A DNA stretch of 63,976 nt, filler included, from Stramenopiles sp. TOSAG23-3 (lineage: Eukaryota): assembly GCA_900128585.1 (NCBI GenBank). It is 5 parts of 5 records of this genome, joined end to end, with 100 filler letters (N's around TTAATTAATTAA, not from the genome) between each part and the next. Parts side by side here need not be neighbours in the genome. Positions count along the whole stretch, not along the records: positions 51,766 to 63,976 come from LT642699.1; 4 more parts are not named here. One strand, 5' to 3'. Both the position numbers and the translations under genes were made by a program. The notes below the pieces were generated by a model. It was not told the origin of the DNA. It saw nothing but the letters and a program-made list of their open reading frames with translations, and searched no databases. Of this stretch, positions 55,201 through 63,976 are shown piece after piece; the first letter of the stretch is position 1; each line of letters begins with the position of its first letter.

Positions 55201-58200
55201 CGTTTGAGTGTGCCCCTGAAACCGTCCGATAAGTCGACCGCCCAGAGCACAGCGAAGAGGGCCACCCTCCTGAAAGAAAGCAACATAACGGCGGAGTGGG
55301 TGCTCCCCAGCGCAAAATTCCACGTTTTTACGGATCCAGCGGAGCCTTTGGACATCACGTGGCGGCGCACGAATGCCTCGTTTGCTGTCAGTTTGCGAGC
55401 GTTCTTCGATGCCCGGGGCATGACGTTGGGAAAGGCGCCCATTCTCGCAAAAATCCCCTTTGACATGTACAAGTTGTATTCGTGGGTGGTTAGCAAGGGG
55501 GGCTACAAGATGTTTGCTCAAAAGTCCATGTGGAAAGAAGTGGGCCCGCACTTACAAAATTACGTTGAAAGCAACGCGCAAGCGCCTTACATTATTGCCA
55601 GACTGTACCAAAAATACCTGGCGCATTACGAAGAGTATTTCAACGAAGGGCACGGCAAAGTAAAGCCCGGGGTACCTTTGTACGGCGTGAAAGACTTCAA
55701 AGGAGCCCCGATCGGGGAGGTGCTTACCAAAACCATTGTTCGCCCCAGCTCACCTGGAAAGGTTAACGGTACGGCGCCCGCCGGTGGTTCTCAAGGGAAC
55801 GTTGCCGTCGAGGTGAAGCGCGAGCCCGAGCCAAAGGTCAAGGAAGATGTGGCTCCCAAAGTGAAGGAAACGAGCCAATCGGCGAAGAAGAAAACACAGA
55901 CGACATATGACCTAGATTCTATCCCGGTGTTTGCATCGACTATTTTGAATGCACAAACCTGGACCAGTATACTGTCGTGCTTTGTGGAAGACATGGTGTA
56001 CCTCTCCAAAGACGAAGATTTTTTGTCTGTGCCGGACAAAGAAGACATCGACCGGGAAATGTCTTTGCTGAACGAGTCTGCATTTGGAGAAACCCTCGAA
56101 GCAGCCGAAGGCCCGTCGAAGTTTCGGCTGAACGCAAAAACCAGAGCAGCGCTGGGAAAAGTGGAGTATTTGTGCTACGAACCAGCCTTTGGCGGCGCCC
56201 TCAACCCCGAAACGGACCAAAGCCTCTGTTACGGTGGACCCATAGACCAGTGCGAACAGCTGCTTAAGTCAATGATCATGCACCCTGTCTCGCAAATATT
56301 TTTTGACACAGCAGAGGGCCACCGTAGGTACCATTTGGAAACGAAGAAGCCGATGGATTTACAGACGGTATGGAACTTGTTCAAGGCCGGGTACTACTTT
56401 ACCCCGCACGGGGGCTTGAAACATGCTAAATTCGAAGAAGATATGGCGTTGATATGGTCGACGTGGAAGGCCTTTGATGCCGGGGAAAATTTTGCCCGGT
56501 GGCAGCAAGCCGATGAGTTCGAGAAAGTGTTCAAACGAAAGTGGGAGCCGATAAAGGCTCTCTGCATAAGCCACGAAAAGGCGCACTTAGGCTGTGCGCT
56601 TCCCGGCGACCGAGTCATGACCCCGTACGGAGTGGGAACGTTCGTAACGTCACACGACAACCACTTGAAAGCGATCGTGGAGCTGGACTGGGAACTCGCG
56701 AACGGAATTCATCCTACCATGTATTGTAAAGTCAACCTATTGAGCGTGTTGCCGAATCCTAGGCCCGCACTCTCCAGTTTTGAAGATCCTGACAACTGGT
56801 ATGGGACCAAGGTCAAGTTGCAGGAAAGTCACGGTGTGACTCCCTCTAAAGTCGGAATGGTCGGGACGATCGTAGACGCGGGAAAAATGTCACACGGGTG
56901 GCGGAATATCAAGCTTGACGTGGATGGGACCGTGGTGACATGGCGCCTGTCGGCGCTGGAAGTTTTGGGCAAAGACTCCGAGCAGACCGAAACTGATAAG
57001 CCGCTGCAGACGGTGGGCGCAACCGGGGAAAACCCAGAAGCTGGGATCGATGCAATGGACGTGAAAGCGTTCAATGTACGAAGTACGTTCTACACCAGAA
57101 TGGGCAAGAATGTGCACTCGTCGATGAAGAACGTTGCCCCTGCCGACCTCGCCAAGGCTTTGAAGAAAAAAGAGTACAGTGAAATAGTACCCGAAAAGCG
57201 CATTTCAATCCTATCGTACCTCTGCGATACGCTGCTGGGCTGCTCTACCGTCCGGGAACTGATCAAAAGCGATCTCGAACATGCGGCCCGACGGCGAGAG
57301 CGAAAAGAAGAGAGTAGCAGCGAAGAGGAGAGCAGCGAAGAAGAAGGGGACAGCAGCAGCAGTGACAGCAGCGGGGACGAAGACAGCGATGGAGGGGACA
57401 CGAAGAAATCACCCAGTGCTAAACGAAAGGAGGCAGCGCCCAAATCGGAAATTACAAAAGTTTCCAGCACGAAGCTATTGTTTCGAGGACCCGCGCGCGC
57501 CCCAAAGGCCCCGGTATCGTACAAGCAAAGCATTTCACCTGTAAAGTCAGCAGGGAAACGGCAGCAGGCCCCGAAGAAGATGACGAAAGCCGAACTGCGA
57601 ATGACGCAGCAAGATCTGTCCGCGTTGAAACGAAAAGTGTCAAAATTTGAACGGAGTTACACGGACAAAGTAGTAAAGCATGCCCTGGGTAAAGGCCCGA
57701 ACCCCGGACCCTTTCCCGAGTTTGTGGCGCACGAGGGGAAGACAATTTCCTCGGAAATGTCCGAACACGATAAAGTGGCGTATAAAGCGAAATTTCCAAA
57801 AATCGCAAAGAAGCAATTGCCGAAAGTTAGCAGCTCTTTCGTTGACGTTCTTACGATGCACGGTGTCCAGCCTGGATTAATGTACACTCGGACTTCGTTT
57901 GGTACCGTGTGTGACAAAATTTTAGCAGAAATAGTTTTGTCTGTAAAAGCCAAGGAAGACCAAAGAGCGGTTTTGGACCTGCTCGTTGGACTCCGCAAAG
58001 GAAAGTACGGCCTTGAAAATTCTGAATTGAAACTTGATTTCTTGGAAGATGTTCGGCAAACGTTAGCATCAGTATCCAAGCGTGGCAGAGTTGATTTTCT
58101 GGGGCATTTCCTTTTACGCATAGTGCCTCAGCTCGCTGCGCGCAAAAAGCAACACCTGTGGCCAGGACAGGAGGTGTACTTGTTAGATGCATCTGGAAAG

Positions 58201-60753
58201 TACGGCAAAATAAGGAAAGCCGTCGTGACCCAGGAAGGGAAGTTTAAACTGCGCGACGGAACGTTACTGCCGCCAAAACTCTTTTTGTTCCCAGACAAGT
58301 CAAAGAAGAAAAAGATGACTCTTCCCACGGCATCCCCAAAGGGCAACCCAACAGCAAATACGGGTATCCTGGCAGCAAACACGGGCGCTGTTGTAGATGG
58401 TCCAGAGGGCCAAAAGAAAGGCGAAGATGATAACTTTGATTTTTGGATGTATGAAAAGTCTTGGGCCTTTGCCTCCGACCAACGCTCGTGCGAAAAGTTT
58501 TTTTCCGGGAGATTGGCAGCGATAGAGAAGGAAATGTATTTTACAGTCGCCTTGGACCCGGATAATTTTCGTTTTCTGACGTATTTGAGCAAAAAATACC
58601 CCACGAAGAAGAATTTAGATTCAAACACTCAATTCTTACGAAGCGAGTGCCTTGGAACCGATCGGTTTTTCAACAGATACTGGTATTTCATTCGTAGAGG
58701 CACTGATCGTTTTCTGTCTTCTTATATTTTTATCGAGCTTACAGAGCTCGGCGCAAAACATGTGCACCCGAATTTGTCCAAATTGTCTCTTACCGAAGGG
58801 TCATGGTTGTGTATATCGGGCCATCAAAAGCTGAAAGAATTACTCTGTTCGCTCTTCCCGGACGGGAAACGAGAGAAGCGTCTGCGGTATGCTCTATCGA
58901 AAATATACAACACGTTCCTAGCCGCATCCGTGGACATGGGCGCATCCATCGAGTCCCCCAGCCCGTTTGGCGGCGAAATTTTGTCAAAAAAACTGTGCGT
59001 CGGTAGTGGTGATGGGATCGGCCTCACGTTGAAGAGCGTTGCCTGGTTAGCCAACGGCATCACCTTTGTAGAATACGATGAAAGTCGCACGTTCAACCGG
59101 GGAGACATAATTATTAAACTTGATGATAAATCGACGTTTGGGATGAGCACGATGCAAATTTCAGATGCCATTGCAGCGCGTGTCAAGCGTGGTGCACGAG
59201 AGATACACGTGATGGTGCAACGCCCAAAAAGCCCTGTGTGGATAACTGCGCGCCCTTGTACAGTTGGGCAACCAACGTTGACGCATGGCATGGATACTTT
59301 GGCACACGTTCAATTGCTGAGATACGAAGCGACTGCGTATGCACTGTTTCATCTTGACGCCATTAAGCACGTGTCTGACTCTTGGCTTTTCCTTTTCGGC
59401 CGAATTGGTTGGTCGTGGCCGGAGCGTCGCATGACATGGCGAGGGCAGATTCTTGAAGCTTTGCGAACTGGGAAATACTTATCGTGCAACGAAATCGCTA
59501 AAATGGTAGCTTTGTTCGAAGACGCTTATACGGGACTTTTGCCCCCGGTGAATCCTTCTTTCTCATCGGTAGACATGTTGCATGCTTTTGAGGGACTATT
59601 AAACGATGCCAGCGTGGCCAAGTTAAGCATTGAATACGCGAGCCGAAAAAAAAAGAAACTACACGATGAGGAGGAAGTGCCTCAGGATACCGTTCATGCA
59701 GGCTGGTTCGGCGACGCACTGGACTTTTCCGCCAACCCGCTGCCTTCACTGAACGGCGTTGTCAAAGAGTTGGACTTTGTTTCTACGTACCAGCAGGGCA
59801 TTGTAATCCTAGATTGTATTTGCTCCGAATTGGCAAGGCGATTGGGCAATGCTGTTGTGACCAATGACATGATGACTTCTTTGGAAAAACAGTTTCAAGT
59901 GGAGAAGATTACGCACCGCAACTTCGCATACCAGACATTTTTGAGGCAGAATGGGCGCTTCGACTCGGAGTATGAAAAAGATAAGTTTCAAGGAATTGCA
60001 AAACGGGGAAATCGTTGGACGAAATCATTCGAATTACAGATTGCTTTTGACAGTCCAACGGTGCCACCAATTGTAGAAACTGTCATCCCTACCTTGTTGG
60101 AGACAATAATGCGGCGCGATGCATGGGCACGAACGTTGTATGGTGCTTCTCTGTCGAGAAAGTTAGTGGTTTACAATTATTTGTCTGCTTTGGACTGGGT
60201 GCCGTTCGTTGAAATGGCAGAGATCCACCGCAGTGGCGTTTCTGTCGCCAACTCTGTTTTGCCGACGTCGCTTCATCTATGCCCTGTTTGCAATGCAGGG
60301 TTTAAAGTTCGCGCGAACCTCAACAGTCACGTAAGGACAAAGCACCAGCATACCTTGACTGTCTTTTCACAACACAACGGGTTTCAGTACCGCAGCTTGC
60401 GAATGAGGGGGCGTCCCACAAAATTCCACAGCAACACGTACAAAGACGACGGTGCAAAAAGTGCAGCCAAGCGGAGCTTGGGCATTAGTTCTTCTTTGCA
60501 ACCATTTAAACGTCGGAAACCTACTGGCACAAAGTCTGGAAAACCAAACCCCAAAGGAGGCGATTTTCCATGCTCGGAGTGTGGTGCCATTCTAGGCAGC
60601 AGGGACAGTCTGAAACGACACATTAAAAACCAGCACGTGAACAGAGGAAACCAAAGGTACCCCTGCAATTTCTGTTCGAGCGTCCTGAGTTCGAAGGATA
60701 GCCACCAGAGGCACATGCGAACTTTGCACCCCGTCGAACACTCTTCGCGTTAA
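52290..60753 (+). CDS. Giant BAZ/DDT-WHIM-like chromatin protein (~2820 aa): bromo-bromo-AP2-DDT-ARID-bromo-WHIM1-WSD-PDZ-like-C2H2x3; one frameshift in a G10 run
   Basis: ORF 52281-53501 (PDY...EPMGL; TDYFKVVARPMDLGTV...DVRLIFENCCRYN) joins ORF 53203-60753 if one G is removed at 53339-53348; domain motifs are listed in the findings. Confidence 0.8.
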
Positions 60754-60849
60754 CCGTGTGCACAATATGGATTGAAAATTTCAGTAGTTACGTAGTGTAT
60801 AACTTTGTATTTATCTAAGTTAAAATGACACAACGATATTTTTGTGTTT

Positions 60850-62070
60850 TTATTCCATTTCATTTAACGCCATGGACTCGCTTTCTTCTTCCTCCATCTC
60901 TTGCGAGGCCGGGACCTGGGCACTCTCAAGGTAGCCCTGGTCGTCTGAATCATCGCTTTGTACAATTACGGTCTTGTCTAAGTTTCCTCCTCCTTCCGTA
61001 GGCACAACTACCGTTTTATCTAAATCTCCGTCATCTTTATCATCACTACCATTGTCACTACCAGCATGGCGATCGTTTCCTTCAACAAGTACCGTCCGGT
61101 CCACCTCTCTCCTGTCGTCATCCTCGTCGCTGACGGTGCCTCCTAGATGGTGCTCGGCTTCTTCCGCCGGGTTCACTTGCTCTTCGGCCACCGTCGCCAT
61201 GATCAACTCTGCAAAGTGCGCACCTGGCGTTGTGAACAAAATAGGGGAACCATTCACCCGAAAGAAAATGTGAATTTCGGGCGCCGCAACACCGGGGGAC
61301 AGGCAGTAGTTCAAAAACGCTTTGAGCTCTTTCAGGCAACATATTAATTCCACGCCACTTTCACCGCACCGGTTCAAGGAAACGTTTCGAAGCTCGTTCA
61401 TTGGGATAACGACTTCGCTGGCCAAGCTTATCCCGGCCTCGTCGATGTTGTGGTGGTGACTCACAACCTTCACCTTTGTCCGTTTCAAGCTAAATACGAT
61501 TTGCTCCGCCCCATGTATTTGGTCCAAAATGTCAAACAGCGTTTTCGGTTTAATACTGAACTTGTTAGGCCCGTCAACGTCCCGGTTGAACAAAACTTGC
61601 AAAATCTCCGTCTGTTCTACTTGGAAGGTGTGGGTTTTCACAATACCCCTGGCACAGTACAACTGCAGCGTTAGCATGCTTATGTGGATTTCGTCGGAAA
61701 AGCGCATCTCCATGCGGCCCACCGTTCGCAAAGAACGCAAGATGGAAGTCAACGGCCTCAAGAGGCACTTAAACTTTAAGATGCCGTGGACGTCCGGGTT
61801 GCCTCCCCGAGTTCTCGAGCCTCTGAAAGCGTACTGTTCAAAAAAGTTGGACCCCAAGTTCAAGGTAAGGAACGCGGTTTTAGAATCGTCTAACACACGA
61901 AGCAAAAACGTATTCGCAGACACTTCAAAAGACACCTCGTTTCCAATTTTACTCATACACTGCAAAGCCGCAGCCAGCCTTCGTAGATTCTTTTGTGGAA
62001 TTGCAACGGCGAACAACTCTTCCGCATCCGTCCTTGGGCGTTGCGATGAAAGACTCGACACAAACTCCAT
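60850..62070 (-). CDS. RAD9: RAD9 checkpoint clamp (9-1-1) subunit
   Basis: NLRRLAAALQCMSKIGNEV...LRVLDDSKTAF...FFEQY, C..GIVKTH, CLKELKAFL, G.PILF, AELIMAT; acidic tail. Confidence 0.88.
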   Translation of the reverse strand: MEFVSSLSSQRPRTDAEELFAVAIPQKNLRRLAAALQCMSKIGNEVSFEVSANTFLLRVLDDSKTAFLTLNLGSNFFEQYAFRGSRTRGGNPDVHGILKFKCLLRPLTSILRSLRTVGRMEMRFSDEIHISMLTLQLYCARGIVKTHTFQVEQTEILQVLFNRDVDGPNKFSIKPKTLFDILDQIHGAEQIVFSLKRTKVKVVSHHHNIDEAGISLASEVVIPMNELRNVSLNRCGESGVELICCLKELKAFLNYCLSPGVAAPEIHIFFRVNGSPILFTTPGAHFAELIMATVAEEQVNPAEEAEHHLGGTVSDEDDDRREVDRTVLVEGNDRHAGSDNGSDDKDDGDLDKTVVVPTEGGGNLDKTVIVQSDDSDDQGYLESAQVPASQEMEEEESESMALNEME

Positions 62071-62841
62071 GTTGCAAAACTATAACTCGCTCAGGAAAGC
62101 AGATATTGAAAAACACACAAATGTTGCCAAGACAAGAAATAACCATGGCGTTTCTCTACTTCACAACATGATCTCGTTCTTTCTTTTCAGTTTTTAGTCT
62201 TCTATATATTATTATATATATTACAGAAAGAGTTTGTTTTGTGTTTTTTGTTTTGGATTATTTATTTTTTTTTTATTTTTTTTTATTTGTTTGGAACAAC
62301 GTGTCCATCAACAAAAAAAGAAGAAGAAGTAAAACGAATACAATTTATTATACTTGTATTGTAGAAATACCTATGAGAGAATAAAAATGTTCATTTTATT
62401 GATGTTGAAAAACGGTAGATAATATATACAGAGCATACAATTTCAATAATCAATTTTCACCGAATTCAAATAATTATGTTTAGCTATTTAATAATGTATA
62501 CTAAATAATAAACAAGTAAATTAAACAAATGAGTCTTTGAAATTTCAATTGTGTGTTGTTTCTTCTTTTATAATCAACAAATACTTCAAAAACATTTGCT
62601 TTCTTTGCGTCCATTTGTTTCGGAAGATATAGAAATATGTACTTAAAAACAATCAAACAGGCATATTTTCATCCATTTAACGATAGTATATTTCCCGTGA
62701 GAACCAGACACAACATTTAGAGCGACCGGGTCGGATCCTTTCTCAATTCTTTTCTGTTTCCCCTTTCTTCGAGCAGTTCCTGAGTCGGAAAGACGACATT
62801 TGCATCAACGAGACAACGAAATGAAGATCCAACAACGACGA

Positions 62842-63129
62842 ATGAGTTACAACATTGTTCTATTCATTCTTTTGTTTGTTTACATTTTGCCGGGTTGTGC
62901 ATATGCGACAAAACTAAGCGTGTTGGTCCCTTTGAGAAGATCTACTGCGTACAACATAAAACACGATAGAAATGTTTTGCGGATGACTGACATTTCAACA
63001 GGCAAACATGTGTTGGAATACAGAGTTCCCACTCGCTGTTTAGGGTATGCGACTGTGAAGAAGAAAGATTTAACTCTCACCATAACGTTTCCATGCGCAT
63101 ACTCGAAAAGAAAATCCTTCCATCTTTAA
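62842..63129 (+). CDS. Possible small secreted protein
   Basis: MSYNIVLFILLFVYILPGCAYA signal-like start; fits the alternating gene orientation; no family recognised. Confidence 0.4.
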   Translation: MSYNIVLFILLFVYILPGCAYATKLSVLVPLRRSTAYNIKHDRNVLRMTDISTGKHVLEYRVPTRCLGYATVKKKDLTLTITFPCAYSKRKSFHL

Positions 63130-63227
63130 GATTTTCACGCCTTGCGAGCGCATGACTATAAATTTTTGTACAAAAACGTTTTACATGTATTTTTTAAATT
63201 ATTTTCCTCTCCTCTTTTTTAATTTTA

Positions 63228-63974
63228 CTACATACGCGGCGCTTTCAATATTCCAAGGATTCGAAAGAACGAATATGCTTTCTTTTCGTTAAATTCATAA
63301 TTCATCTCCTCGTCCTCTTCCCAGACAAATTCACGAAATGATTCCGGTTGTCTGGCATTGTCATCCGTAGCTGACCAGATCGATGGTGTCAATTTGAGGA
63401 AATGATCGGCGAATTGGTTCAATCGATTGTCCTGAAGAATATGGTTGACCAGCCTTGGGCATAAAAAGCTTGAGGAAAAATAATGTGCGAACTGCTGAAG
63501 GTACACTGCTAGCTTTTCCCTCCCAGGGGCCTGCTGGGCATCCGGGTTAACGGCTACGTTTCCAAGCTCTGCTGGGGAATGGACTCCTGGAAAACAGAAC
63601 ACGTTCGAACGAACACGCTTTTGCACCGATCGTTCTGCGTGTATACCACCTGCCTGCTTCCCAAAATTTCTGTCTTCCCACAATGCTTTCACCCATTTGG
63701 CTACGAAATTGCCCCCTGCTTGTAAAAAATCTATGACACCCTTGTAATCGTCGTGGAGCAATGGTTCCCGACTCGTTCGCACGCCCAACGTACTCAACAA
63801 CACTGCCAAGTACGCATTCGCCCCATGGACATCGGCATCCCCCGACATCTCATAATCCCCCATAAGATTGAAGCACTCGATGGAGGGGACGATGAAGACT
63901 GTATTGAAGGCGCTGTCTTTGCACTTGCCGATATACTGGATCAAGGCTTCTTTCAGCGCCCGCCCAGGATCCTC
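63228..63974 (-). CDS. Hypothetical protein, 5' end beyond window
   Basis: Frame is open from the window end to the stop at 63228. Confidence 0.6.
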   Translation of the reverse strand, partial: EDPGRALKEALIQYIGKCKDSAFNTVFIVPSIECFNLMGDYEMSGDADVHGANAYLAVLLSTLGVRTSREPLLHDDYKGVIDFLQAGGNFVAKWVKALWEDRNFGKQAGGIHAERSVQKRVRSNVFCFPGVHSPAELGNVAVNPDAQQAPGREKLAVYLQQFAHYFSSSFLCPRLVNHILQDNRLNQFADHFLKLTPSIWSATDDNARQPESFREFVWEEDEEMNYEFNEKKAYSFFRILGILKAPRM

Positions 63975-63976
63975 AT

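Noticed and set aside
291-62070. Apparent genome-maintenance cluster (POT1, ORC4, RAD9, chromatin protein)
   Set aside because: POT1, ORC4 and RAD9 are on different contigs; only RAD9 and the chromatin gene are truly adjacent
1-63976. tRNA, rRNA, snRNA genes or autonomous transposon/viral ORFs
   Set aside because: None recognised by eye; Infernal/tRNAscan-SE would be needed to exclude small RNAs

Overview
Eukaryotic nuclear DNA from a flagellated protist. Evidence: axonemal dyneins, ORC4, POT1, RAD9 and one clear GT-AG intron. A marine stramenopile-like lineage is my guess from OvoA, an AP2 domain and an intron-poor genome; it is not verified. The window is not one locus. It is five contigs of about 12.8 kb joined by artificial 100-nt N44-TTAATTAATTAA-N44 spacers, so gene adjacency across spacers is meaningless. 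It holds about 28 mostly intronless genes. Head-to-head spacers are AT-rich and carry (GAA)n/(GAAA)n tracts, while the short tail-to-tail spacers carry a dispersed MITE-like repeat. Most notable: (1) an ORC4 whose AAA+ domain is split by a ~510-aa insertion containing an MDC1/PTIP-type tandem BRCT with an altered phosphopeptide pocket; (2) a ~2800-aa BAZ/DDT-WHIM chromatin protein that also has three bromodomains, AP2, ARID, PDZ-like and C2H2 domains; (3) a PPR protein of 13 uniform 36-aa repeats with no targeting peptide; (4) a papain with a C-terminal ependymin-like domain; (5) an apparently mitochondrion-targeted ovothiol synthase OvoA; (6) a TIR repeat family found only downstream of gene 3' ends. 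All family calls come from motif recognition by eye; no searches were run.
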